In this document: positions 46,591 to 59,487 of the stretch, in pieces
How the letters are laid out: each line of letters starts with the position of its first letter
Numbering within the stretch: the first letter of the stretch is position 1
Source: the human T2T-CHM13v2.0 reference genome, Homo sapiens
Length of the DNA: 64,000 bases
NCBI RefSeq assembly: GCF_009914755.1
Contig: NC_060935.1
Strand: one strand, 5' to 3'
Notes under the pieces: model-generated
What the model saw: the letters and a program-made list of their open reading frames with translations, nothing else
Databases searched by the model: none
What the model was told of the DNA's origin: nothing
Made by a program: the position numbers and the translations under genes

Positions 46591-49500
46591 TAGTTTTCTC
46601 TATTAATGCTTTTTTTCCAGCATGTCTTTCTCAGTGCCAAACACAATGCTCTGTAGGTATAAACATTTAGAAATTCAATATACTTACCCATAATTTATTC
46701 TATTCAAATTATTTCCATTGTATTAGTCAAAATTATGCATACAAATTATACAGTAGTGAATTGACATGCACATAGAATAGTTTGAATGACAGACTGCATA
46801 AGTCAGAGCTTCACTACTGCTACTTTTATTTTGAATTTTAAAACAAATTACGTATTCTTAGAATACATTCTTATGTTTATTATTCAGCTACATAAATTTC
46901 CACTTATTTAAAGATTCAAAACCTCTCTCCCTTGACATAATCATTCAGTTGACAGTAGTTTGACCTAGCAGTCACTACAAAATGATCTAAACATACTCCT
47001 CCAAAAATGTTCCTTTAAAAGAAAAATTAAATCAATCTCAGTTTTGAAACTATATCAGACGTGAAGTCAAATGTGTGTTTAGTATTCCTGAACTTATGAC
47101 TTTTAAATTAATTTTAAAATATTTATATACAATACTCTGCATTCAAATTGAAATCTAAATACAAAAATCACCCATGAGATGAGTGGGTGCATAATGGGAA
47201 GAAAGTAGCAAGTGAAGGGGGAAGTGAATTAGTGTATTAAGTTTTAAATATTTATTATGAGGAAGTCTCCTTCCTATTTTAAACACAGTTACTGTCCAGT
47301 AGTTGGGTAATGCAAAATGATGTCAATGTGGCAAATATTGAAATATTTACCAATATGTATAAAGCTTAGGGAAAAGTTTCAACTTCTCAAGCTCTTTAAA
47401 TAATATTTAGACTTAACTAGCAACAAATAGACTCTCATCTATCTATCTATATTATTTTTCAGATAAGGAACCTTACTAGTTGAGAAACATATGTGAAGGC
47501 TGACTCTAAATACATGGAGAGATGTAAACATACAGACATACAGATTATTGAACTTTGTTTTTTATATCTATTACTTTTTCTATTACTATATCATGTGAAC
47601 AAGCATAGGGAGATCAACATACTTTTTAGCCAATGCCTTGACTTATCCCAGTGTACACAACAATAATCAAGCTCTGTTCTACACAAGCAATATAGTAAAG
47701 TTGTTAAGTGGGGACGGATAGGCAGTTTAATGTTATTTTAATAATAAATGGGTAATTAAAGGGTGGCAGTGTCCTTGTCATATAATGAGTAATTTTAGAG
47801 TTGTTAGAAAAAGTTAATAAAGCATATATTTTTAAAATATAGGAGTAGCCACTAAAAGCATAGCAATAAAATATATGTTTCCTAAAAAGTAAGCAAAGTT
47901 TAGAAAAACTTCATTAATCTATTAAAAAATAGGAAAATATACAATAAATTAAATATTAAATAATGAATTAATAAATGAAACAGATTTGCTTATTAAATTA
48001 TGCCTAATAAATTTTTATAATAAATATTTCTACATGTTCAATATGTTTAGCAATCATTTACAGAGTGAATAAAGCACTTGGTAGGACATAAGCCAGTCTT
48101 GGGTCCTCATCCTTGCCTTGACTTTAATTGGTTTTGTGCTGTGTGACCTTAAACAATTCATCTCAACATCTCTCAATTCCATCTCTCATTCTAAGTGTAG
48201 TTCTTAGGCTGGCAAATATGAAAATATAAATAAATACACACACACTCATATATATGTATATGTTCTCAATTTCCAGAAGTTAAGCAAAGGATTCAATTCA
48301 TTAATACATTTTCTGACACACATATATATCCTATACATATATATTAAATTTTTAAACATCACTATACATTTTCTCTCGCAAGATATTTAACAATTACCTT
48401 TTGAATTCTAAAATACCTAACATAACGTTTTCTATTTGGAAATTTATGTCCTATATTTAAAGGTTAAATCAAGATTTTTTTTTAAATGGACTTTTGTGTA
48501 GAGAAGTCAGACTAGACATGAATAACAGCAAAATTAGTTTTCGTGCTGCTTCTTTCATCTCTGAATTGCAAGGATTCACAGCCTGAAGAAATAAAACAGT
48601 TAAACTATTAAGACTGTAGTGGATATACAAATACCTTGACAGAGAAGAGGGGATTGGACACAGGTGACTGGTAAGAATTGCCTGGTAGAGCACATTTTTA
48701 GCTCCTCCTAATAAGTGTTGTAGTAGTGACTGGCCTGGAAAAAAGACCACTCCAGGTGCTTGCTTCCTATAGTCCTGGCTCCTATTGGTAATGACCAGGG
48801 TAACCTTCCAATAAGGTAACCTTCCAATGTACAAGTAAATCGCTCTACTGTTCAAATTATATGGCTAAAAGCACATCATATGTTAACAACTCAAATATGT
48901 CATTTGAAACTAAATCAGAACTACTGTGAAAAAGTATATCTGATAACTAATAAGACTCCAGATATGTCAGTAATTTTATGGCACAGTATAGTGATCAGAG
49001 GAAGTTCTATGAAAGATTGGCATTGGCTTGGCAAGCTCAGGTCTTAAAAAAGTGGATATTCTTCCTAGGGACTCTTACCATAAGAAGTATAAAGAAACTA
49101 TAGAAGCAAGATTGTAAAATGAAGTGCCTATTAACTCCTGTACCCTTTTATGTATTATCTTGCTTTCTTCCTTGTGTGTTCTAGTCCTCTCTTTAATTTT
49201 GTAAGATAGGACAGTCTTCTAGATGATTATTTTCTTAGTAGGAGTTATTGTCAACACCAGTAGCCCCAAGTCTGAAGATACAGGAAACTCTGTTGAAACA
49301 AAGTTGTACATCATTACATTAGAAATTTCAACACACTTAAAACATATATATTATTTAGTTTCCTCTTGATGCATGTTTTTGATTGCATATGTGTGTGTTT
49401 ACAATACTTCATATAAAAAATTCTAACTTCCTAAATGTAGCTATAATTCATGCCAGTGTCACATTTTTCTCATGTTTTTCTATGCTTTTTGAATAACAGA

Positions 49501-50384
49501 TTAAGCTAAGAGAATTCCAGGCTCACTGGCTAACTAGAATTACTTTTCCCTGCAGAAATAAAAAACAATTTACTTTTATCATTGCAAACTAAGCTGCTTC
49601 CTTGGAGACTGACTCTCATTCATAGCAATGTTGAGTACCAGATACAATATTGCGTTTGAAAATGGTATCAATTGCCTTTGAAATTCTTATTACCCAGAGA
49701 ATGTTTAGAATAGATAACTGTGCATCCTGCCAAAGTTAAAATACTAAACTCTCATATTTCTCTTTGACCTTTTATCTTTAACCTTTTATCTTTATGGTAT
49801 TTTGGACATAAAGATCGGTGCCCCATAGATAACCAATGCCATATCTTCCAAAATGCCTGTTTATGTAGACAAAGTCTCTCTATTTAGATCTCTTCTGCCA
49901 AGTGAAAAACATATATACAGGGAGAATCTCTATCAATGCATTTTATGTTTTCTCCAATTAATGTGCTAATTTTCTCTGTCAATTTTCCCTTCTAATGTGA
50001 AGGAAGAGCTACACCATTACAAGCAATGAGCCTGGCTTTCTCATACAACTTTTAAACACAAAAGAACAAAACTGATTCACAAGTAAGTTTCCTAAAGATT
50101 AAAATAAAAGAGAGCCCAATAAAATATGAACTCTAATGTTTGCATAATTTTTCTTAAAAATACTCTGGAGAAAACCCTGGAAGTATAATTCTTAGCAACT
50201 GTTTCTGGCTCTTTTTCTATTACTGCCATGTCTGCAAATTCATCAGCTCCTCAATTTCAGAAAAACAAACAAATAATCTGAACTGCTAGAACAGCGTCCT
50301 TATTGCACTTGTGTGCAAGCCACATTTGACAAACTGCTTCATGTTTTTGAGTCTTATGCTTTGAGATGGTATTAAGAAGATAAG

Positions 50385-50802
50385 ACATTTTCAATTTCTA
50401 GCCCCCTGAGATTCATATGCTGTAGCCCGAATCTCCAGTGTGATTTGTATTTGAAGATTGGGCTTTTGGGAAGTAATTATATTTAGATGAGGTGTTGAGG
50501 CTGAAGCCCCCATGGTAGTATTATCCTCCTTATAGAAAGAGGGAGACCAGAGCCCTCTCTCTGTCATGTGAGGATATATCAAGAAGATTGCCATGTGCAA
50601 ACCAGAAGAGGGTCCTTACTAGAACTAAATGGAGTGGCACCTTGATCTTGGACTTCACAGCTTCTAGAACTGTGAGAAATAAACGTTTATTGTTTAAACC
50701 ATCCCATGTATTGTACTTTAATTTTTAAATTTTTATGGATACAAAAGAGCTGTATAATTCGTAGGGTGGTATTTGGTTGTAGCAGCCTAAACTGACTAAG
50801 AG
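50385..50802 (+). mobile_element. MLT1A-type MaLR LTR
   Basis: ggcaccttgatcttggacttcacagcttctagaactgtgagaaataaacgtttattgtttaaacc...gtagcagcctaaactgactaaga. Confidence 0.85.
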
Positions 50803-51093
50803 AGAGTCCTCACATACCCACCCTTAAGAAAATACTTATATTTAAAGACTGTAAAAAAGATCTGGCTATTAACCAGGTACTAACATTTACTACTTCTGTA
50901 GGTAGGCTCCATCTCTGCCTTGTTAGTGGATCATAGTCATATAAGGTCCTGTAAAAATAGCCATTATATTGCTTTATCCAAAACTGGAACAATAAATGTT
51001 CTCAGAATTTGTTTTTAATAATTTCTGTTTCAGTAAGATCTTACAATTAAGAAATAGCTTGTAACAACACAAATAATTATAACTATGATATTA

Positions 51094-51429
51094 CACATTG
51101 AGCATTCCCAACCCCAAAATCCAAAATTTATAATTTTCAAAAATCCAGAACTTTTTGAGTGCTGATAGGACACCATAAGTGAAAAATTTCAGACATGAAC
51201 ACCTAGTACCAACTTTGTTTTATGCATACAATTATGAAGAATATTGTATAAAATTATTTTCAGTGTATGTGTATCAGATGTATATGAAGCATAAATGAAT
51301 TTTATTTTTAGACTTGGGTCCCATCTCTAAGATATTTCATTATGTTTATGTAAATATTTAAAAAAATTTAAAAATCTAAAATCTAAAACAGTTTTGGTTC
51401 CAAGCATTTCATAATGAATAGTCAATCTG
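51094..51429. mobile_element. Tigger4b/MER46B-type DNA transposon
   Basis: TIR-like ends cacattgagcattccc...gaatagtcaatctg with flanking TA. Internal tagacttgggtcccatctctaagatatttcatt. Confidence 0.8.
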
Positions 51430-52510
51430 TATTTAAGTTTAAGATACATGAAATAATTTTTAGGCTTTGGTTTGAAAAACAGAAAAGCCTGCCAGAATAA
51501 CATAGTAATAAAAATTACATATGTAATTTTCTTTAAGATCTTTATAAAACAGTGACAATATAAAATATGTAACAAAAGACTGTGCAGGTTTTTTGTTTGT
51601 TTGTATTTATTTATTTATTTATTTATTAGAAAATACCCTGGTGTGTAAGAATAAAAATAAAACAGATTTTTGTTCCTGTTTAGAAAATAGATTATTTTTC
51701 TCTTTGATAATCTTTTTTAACACTAAGTTATATTCTCAATATCTGTCTTGTCTGAGCCTGAAAGCCACATAACTTAGAAGTTGATCTTTCCTCATTCTTC
51801 CCAAGCAATGTGCTAGAGGTTAAAGATCCAGCAACCCGTCAGTCATGGATAAGGTTGTCTAGCAACTATCACCTCTCCCTCTTTGTAGCTGACTCAATAC
51901 ATCAATCCCAGGAATAACTATGCTGTAGATCAATTATTAAGACAGACAATGAAGACAAAAGAAAAAAATGTTAGTGGAGTTCCCTATGGGCAAAATGTTA
52001 CCCACTGTTAATGAAAAATTACTCTAAAATCTTTTTCTCTCTTTTATAATAATTTATTGATATTGTTATTATTATTAGTTTGTCTTTGAAAACACATATT
52101 CATAAAAGCTTTAGGAGAGAGTTCATCATTGATCTACCCCATAAGTAGTCTTGTGCTAAGCGATAACCTTGTGGTCTCTTTATACAGCCTCTTAGCAACA
52201 TCTGGTTGGAAGAAGGGAAGAAATTTTAATGCAGATTTTCATTATTTCAGGAGCCTTGAGACAAAAGACTTCTCAACTCATTTGAGAAGTTTTGTTTAAG
52301 TGGTCCTTATATCTCAAGAAAGAGTTTATTCAGCTTTTGTCATATTTAATCATTTGTGTTTTTAGGCTTGTGCCATCTTATTGGAGCCATTTCACAAGAA
52401 GTGGACAGATGAAATAAAAGTAAATAAATTTAAAAACAATTACAGCTTATGTCCCATGTCCATGATAGAGCCAACTGCCATCTATATCATGAGCATCTAA
52501 GAATATACGC

Positions 52511-52930
52511 TGATACAGTTTGGGTTCTCCAAGAAACAATATCTCAGAGAGAGTTTGGTATAGACTGAAGATATTTATTAAAGAATTCTCTTGGCATAAA
52601 CACCTGTGAAAGGAATGGTCAGGAAATAGGATTGGGCAGTGGGGGTAGAGGAGAGAGAGAGCTGTAAAGCAGTTAATTACAGAGGGAGCTCTGAAGCTAA
52701 AATGGGTCAACTGAGTTGCTTAGCATTTGGGCTGAAATGTCCAGACCTTAATATTTCTACCTAGATGGGTAGCTGGATATGGGCTATATTCAGAAATATA
52801 TGATACTGGGCAAAGTGTCAGTGCCTGAAAGGACTGAAAGCTGAAGGCTGTTATCTGACAGCACTTCTAGTAGCTGGGACAAGACATCTTTCTGTGCAGA
52901 GGAAGTGGTGTCAATGTCCATTGTCCACCA
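52511..52930 (-). mobile_element. LTR16-type ERVL solo LTR
   Basis: tttgggttctccaagaaac, aacacctgtgaaagg, aggattgggcag, gggagctctgaagct; ends tccaccaca. Confidence 0.7.
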
Positions 52931-53181
52931 CATATGCTGTCCAAGGTTCACTGCAGCCACCTTCCATTTTTCTATCTGCTATGATGCTGTATTTTACATT
53001 CTTCTATAATGCTTGCACTGAATATTACTATTCCTCAAACTAAATTACTGTTCACTCCCAACTAGTATAGACTTAGTATGTTATAATCTGAATTCCTCTT
53101 AAATATCCAAAGATAAAAATATGTATAAATTCCTTGTGTAGCTTATAAAATTATGTAGGAAATCACATTAAAGTTTAAATG

Positions 53182-55227
53182 CAGTCAATTCTTATTATTT
53201 GCAGTAGTTAATTTCTATAAATCCACATCCAACACTGAATTAGTTAATACTAGATGATCACTCCTTGAAAAAATAGAGGATTAGGTTTCCTTAAGTCTCT
53301 GGTTATAACATTCATCAAATCATCATGGTAATCAAAACAGCATGGCTATGGTAATCAAAACAGCAAGGCTATGGTAATCAAAACAGCATGGTACTGGTAC
53401 AAAAACAGAAACATAGACCAACTGAACAGAATATAAAATCCAGAAATAAGATGATACCACTGCAACTATCTGATCTTTGACAAACCTGACAAAAACAAGC
53501 AACAGGGGAAGAATTCCTTATTAAATAAATGTAGCTGGGATAACTAGCTAGCCATATGCCGAAGATTGAAATTGGACCCCTTCCTTACACCATATAAAAA
53601 AATTAACTCAAGATGGATTAAAGACTTAAATGTAAAACGCAAAACGATAAAAACCCTGGAAGACAACCTAGGCAATACCATTCAAAACATAGGCATGGGC
53701 AATGATTTCATGACGAAGATGCCAAAAGCAATTGCAACAAAAGCAAAAATTAACAAATGGGATCTAAGTAAACAAAAGTTTCTGCATAGCAAAAGAAACT
53801 ATCAATAGAGTAGACAGACAACCTACAGAATGAGAGAAAACTTTTGCAAACTGTGCATCTGACAAGGTTTAATAGCCACCATCTATAAGGAACGTAAACA
53901 AATTTACAAGAAAAAAACAAGCAACCCAAATAAAAAGTGGGCCAAGGACGTGGTCAGATACTTTTCAAAAGAAGACATATATGTGTTCAACCGTCATATA
54001 AAAAAATCTCAAGAGAAATTACAGAAATGCAAATCAAAGCCACAATGAGATACCATCTCACAACAGTCAGAATGGTTATTATTAAAAAGTCAAAAAAAAG
54101 CAGATACTGGTGAGGTTGTGAAGAAAAAGGAATGCTTATACACTGTTGATAGGAGTGTAAATTAGTTCAACCATTGTGGAAGACAGCATGGCAATTACTC
54201 AAAGACTTAAGGACAGAAATACCATTCAATCCAGTGATCCCATTACTGGGTATATACTCAAAGGAATGTAAATAACTTTATTATAAAGACAGATGCACAC
54301 ATTATGTTCCTCGCAGCACTATTCACAATAGCAAAGACATGGAATCAACCTAACTGCCCATCAATAGTAGACTGGATAAAGAAAATGTGGCACATATACA
54401 CCTTGGAATATGATCCAGCCCATAAAAAGAACAAGATCATGTCCTTTGGAGCAACATGGATGGAGCTGGAGGGCATTATCCTTAGCAAACTAACACAGGA
54501 AGAGAAAGCCAAATACATGTTCTCACTTATAAATGGGAACTACATGATGAGAACACACGGACACATAGAGTGGAACAACATACACTGGGGCCTACCAGAG
54601 GTTGTAGGGTGGGAGGAGGGAGAAGATCAGGAAAAATAACTGATGAGTACTAGGCTTAACACCTGAGTGATGAAATAACTGATACAACAAACCTCCATGA
54701 CACAAGTTTTCCTATGCAACAAACCTGCACTTTTATCCCTGAACTTAAAAGCTAAAAAAAAAAAAAAAAAAATCAACACATAGCTGTTTTCTATAATGTT
54801 TTTGTTTAAAGATAATGCATTTAATAAATATTGATAATTCTTTAAGAATTCATGGTCAGTGACACTATGATTCATGCCTGAACGAAGCCTTTCTCATTAA
54901 GACACATCACAGGCTTCTTGTTCTTAGGAACACTAGACAGCAGTTTAAATAGTAAAATCACCAACAAAAAGTATATAAATGAAAAAAAAACACTAAATAG
55001 AACGTAAAAAGATAATTGTTTATAACATAAGAGCTCAAACAGGAAGGCAGGACATCTCCTCATTCAACCTCAGGAACACATGTAGCAGGCAACTTAAATT
55101 TTTTGCCTTTCTGCACATTTCTATAAACAGCCATGAAATCACTGTGAGTATTGATTTGAAAGTTACAAATAAGTTTTTGTGAGTTGGCAGATTTGCAAAT
55201 ACGTTCCCCTTGAATAATGATCAACTA
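53182..55227. mobile_element. MER82-like Tigger DNA transposon split by an L1
   Basis: TIR-like cagtcaattcttattatttgc ... gaataatgatcaacta. Internal catgcctgaacgaagc, cttaggaacactagacagca and aaaatcaccaacaaaaag. Confidence 0.8.
53324..54772 (+). mobile_element. 5'-truncated L1PA (PA10-14-like)
   Basis: ORF2 C-terminal ORFs 53566-53808 and 54304-54639. 3'UTR gatcaggaaaaataact...gaacttaaaagct plus poly-A. Short TSD aaatca. Confidence 0.92.
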
Positions 55228-55624
55228 TACAAGTGAAACTATTAAGTGCAGAAATTCCATTGAAATTAATGCAGTAAGAGATGTTTCTTGGTGGAATAGT
55301 GAAAGATGAAATCCCAAAATGGCCATATTCCTCTAATTTCTCTGTTAATAATGCATAGAATGCTTTCTCCAATAAGAATATTTTAGAAAATTAAATCTTA
55401 CATTTAAAATTATTGTACAAAGATCATTATTTTGGTAAGATAAAATTGCTAACCCTGTAAAGGTATCTTTATGAAGGTAAATAAATTGACCAATACTTTT
55501 GGTCAATAAAAAATTAGGCTTTATTGTTACCATTGTGAATCAAGAATAGAAAATGTATATTATATGTTATTAATATTACTAGTAGTGAAATGAAGTAATA
55601 GAAGTTGGTAATCATAAAGATGAT

Positions 55625-55800
55625 ATCTATATAGTAATAGCTACTATTTATTCAGAATTTATAATCTTTGTGGTACATACTATCATTATCTCCATTTTAT
55701 ATGAGATAATTGAGTCACAGAGATTTAAAAAACTTGCCCACAATTTCACAGTCTGACTGGCATTGTTGCATGTAGTATATAAGTTGACTATGATGACCAC
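55625..55800. mobile_element. MIR
   Basis: tatcattatctccattttatatgagataattgagtcacagagatttaaaaaacttgccca. Confidence 0.65.
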
Positions 55801-56619
55801 ATTTCTAAGAATTTACTACCCTATGTATCTCCAGTTAGGTTGTACCACAAGAGACATTCTTGTGTGAAAGCTGGAGGGCAAAAATAAATTAGCAGTCGAT
55901 TTTTCCAATTCACACATTGCCCCTTATCTTCTACGTTTTCAGCAACTTCACTTTCCACTAGATGTTTCTTTGACTTCTTGAGTCCCATGCGCGGCATGTG
56001 TTTGACTCCTGTAGACACCCATACTACCAAGGTTACAGGCAGTAAAAATGGGTTTGTATCTTAACACTCCAATATTAACTAATAAGTAAGAAAGCCTGAT
56101 TTGAATTCAGATAGTTTCCCTTCAGACTTAGCATTCATAATCCATACTGCTGTGGAATAGTCACTTGCCTTAGTTGAGCACAAAGCTTCTCAAAATAAAA
56201 ACTGCATTTCCTGGAGGGTTCCTTTGTATCCACTTGAGGTCCCATACCTCACTTCTAAACAAAACCTTACTTTAAGAGATAGCTGGCAAATGACCTTTGT
56301 GCCCTTTAATTTTATCCTTCCTTTGTTCTTACATCCAAAACATGTAAATTACCTTTTAGGAGCATAAGGATTAGGGTCATATCCTTGTAATAGAAAAGGG
56401 GTAAGCAGGAAGGAAGCTGGAACCCAGATTATATGAGGTAGAGCACCATAGCAGCTCTGAATCACATATCTTCAAATTTTTATAAAAATGAGAAACAGGA
56501 TTCTATCTTGCTAAACTGCTATTTTGCGACTTTGTTACCTGCAGTTGATCCTATCATTGGACGCAGTGCTCTCTAAGCCTTGTGTCCTCTCTCTGTGATG
56601 GGAATCTTCATAATACCAA

Positions 56620-56705
56620 CTGTATTGGGCTGGATTGTGAGGATTCGAGTAGAAAATGCATGTAAAGTGCTTAGCACATTGCCTGGCACATAGTATATTG
56701 CTGGA
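56620..56705. mobile_element. MIR fragment
   Basis: gattgtgaggattcgagtagaaaatgcatgtaaagtgcttagcacattgcctggcacatagta. Confidence 0.7.
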
Positions 56706-57158
56706 ACATGTGCTGCACCCAAACAAGACAGCAAACAGAATTTCAATCACATACAGAGTCGAATGTGAGATAGCAATGAAAAAAAAATATCCTGTCATTG
56801 TACTTATGAGAAAACTGTCTTAAGGATATTGACACCTAAAGTACTGAATCAGAATTACAACTGAATTTTAGGCCCCAAACACTTAATAACTATGTTTATC
56901 TTGCTTTTCAAACATTAGTTGAGAATATAGAAGTTCAGACAAAGATGATGAAAGTCTGAACCAAGAAAGTCGGGATCAAGAGTAGAGAATTATTTTTATG
57001 TGAAATGTTATGGAATAATTGAAAATGAAAATTATGTATTTATTTGTCATCAAATATGTCATTTTGTGTAAATTTTGCTTTCTGAAAGCAGTTTTTATTG
57101 GTATAAAGTATGTGGCGATTTACTTCTTTGTATAAATAATTTATTTTAGGCTTAAATC

Positions 57159-59487
57159 TGTTACAGGATCCTTGTTGTGTCGCTTTTCTGGCTAGAAACC
57201 TGTGGCTGGTGGCACCTTTGCCCGAGTTTCACTTGGGCCCACTGGGCTCATTCTGCCCATTCAGCCCATGCAGTTGCGTGCAGTTCATGCTACCAGTTTG
57301 TATCTCATGGCTCCAAGGGAGACTGGAGTCAGGCACCAAGCAGTGAGGGGTGTGTTTGAGTGAGTGTGGGGTCCAGCCACTGCATAGTCAGACACTCCAG
57401 CTGCTGCCATGAGGCAGGCAGCTCCAGGTGCCAGCATGGATGCCAGCTCTGTGAGGCTGCAGCTGGACCAGGTGCACTGCAAGCAGCTTTCCTGCCTGGC
57501 ACCAGGGAATGTGGTAGCACCTGGAAGCTTAATACGTGAGAAACCACAGGGCCTTAAAGGGGGAGTCACAGCCCAGGCTCAAAGAGCTCCCAGGTCTGGG
57601 CTCCCCACAGGGCCATAGCTCTTCTCTCCTCTTCAGCTACAATGTGGTGAGCAAGGGGCATGTTTCAGCTGTGTTTTGTTACAGCTCATTTAGCCTGACC
57701 ATTCAGTGGGTCCCGAGTTCTTGTCTATGACCAGGAAGAATGAGGTACACAGACAAGTGGAGGGTGAGCAAGATGAAGAGGAGCTTTATTGAGCAATAGA
57801 ACAGCTCAGGGAAGACCCGCAGTGGGCAGCTCCTCTCTGTAGTCAGAGTGTCTGGGTGAGTCTTCAGCTCTTAGCAGAGAGGGTAGCTCCTCTCTGCAAG
57901 CAGGTCATCCCAACAACTGTTCAGTTCTTAGTAGAGAGGGTAGCTCCTCTCCGCAGCTGGTCATCCCTTCCTCTCCAGCTTTCCCCTGAGAGGAAGCCCT
58001 AGAGCGGGTGACTCCTCTCTGCAGGCAGGTTATCCTCTCTTCAGGCAGGTTATCCTCTCTGCAGGCAGGTTGTCCTGTCATCTGAAGCTCTTGGCAGAGG
58101 GCAGCTCCTCTCTGCAGCTGGTCGTTCCATGGTTTCTCTGTCTTCTGCTCTGCTCTGGCTGATCCTGGAGATTTTATGGGCCTCAGAAGGGAGGAAATGC
58201 ATGCCAGTTGGTCCACCACAAGTCCCCATTCCAGTCCACAGGACTGGCAGCCCGGGCCCCAGCCTTCAGGCTCTCCCTGGCCTGAAGGTAGGGCCTCACT
58301 GGGGACCCACCCCATTCTGCCCAGGAGCCCATGTACCTCCTGCCACTCTCCATGGCGCCTAGGCTTTTCGTGCCAATGGGCACCTGTAGGCCAGCTCCCA
58401 GATGCCCTCAGCCCTGCCCTTGGCTTCCCCCACCAACGCTTGTCAGTACCCAAAGTCTGGAGGGCCTCAACATACGCACAAACGTCCAGGCTATGACGGC
58501 GCCTGGGCTCAGCCCCAACCCTTCTCTGAGATCAGAGCTAGGGCTGGGAGCAGGGAAAGGCCAGGCAGTGGGATCAGGCACCTCCAAGCCTGCGAGGGAA
58601 ATGTGGAGACCGGTCTTCCTGGGCCCCTAAGAGTGCAGAGAAGCCTGGGTCCACAGCCTGCACTTGGGTAGCTGCAGCTATGAAGGGAAGTGGGGTGGAG
58701 CTCCTGCCTGCTTCCCCACTCCAAGAGCACAGGAAAGCCTGGGTCCATAGCCCTGACTTGGGTAACTGCAACTGGGGCCAGGGAGGGTGGTGTTGCTGCC
58801 TGCTCCCGCCTCTCACTGGCTCTGTGGAGTGTAGCTCAGCCATGTCTCCTCACAGCCTAGGGAAGAGGCTCCAGATCCTCACCAGGCCGGCACCCGGGAC
58901 AGCAGCAGTGTCTCTGCAAGCTCCACAATTGGCTGCAGTGCTCAAGGGCAGCCAAGAGCTGCCCCCGACCCAGCTTGCAGCCCTGCCCAGGAAGGGGAGG
59001 ATGGCTCCGGAAGCAGATTGAAGCCCCCAGGCCTGGCCCTCCGGAATGTCAAGACTGGCAGTCACCCCGATGTGAGGTTCCTGTGGGGCAGACGCCGGGG
59101 ACATGCCCCCTGGCGGCCCTGTTCAAAGCCTTCTTTTTCCTGAAGCGCAGGAACCCCTGCCCTCGGTGAGGTGGGAGCGACTGCCCTGCTGGCAGGTCCC
59201 TGAAGTGGGCTCTGATCTCACTTCCCTCCCCAGTTGGAAGTGCAGCCCCAGCTCCGCCTCCTCCCTGTGCCCTCCCTGCAGCAGCAGACAGCAAGAGGGA
59301 CAACATGAGGCCAGGGCAGAGGCTGCAGGCCTAGGGGTGGTTCTGCAGGTCCCACCTGGCTGCCCAAGAGTGGGAGTGGCGCACTTAGCTGCCTTGGCGA
59401 CGCGGGGCACAGGGGTTCCACCTGCAATCACCACTGCCATGGCTGTCCTCACCTCCTCGCTGCCGACTGCCTGCTGCTGCAGCTGCC
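57159..59487 (-). mobile_element. MER52 (C/D-like) long ERV1 solo LTR
   Basis: Begins tgttacaggatccttgttgtgtcgcttttctggctagaaacc. Contains ccaggaagaatgaggtacacagacaagtggagggtgagcaagatgaagaggagctttattgag and gctcctctctgcag tandem units. GC-rich. Right boundary approximate. Confidence 0.85.
59104..59118 (-). promoter_or_regulatory. Candidate CTCF-binding motif
   Basis: Minus strand reads GGCCGCCAGGGGGCA, matching the CTCF core CCRSYAGRKGGC. Confidence 0.55.

Noticed and set aside
48469-48855. 128-aa minus-strand ORF in unique sequence, with a 14-bp repeat ggtaaccttccaat twice (~48799-48828)
   Set aside because: Non-ATG start, no homology recognised and no exon evidence. The duplication is an ordinary slippage event.
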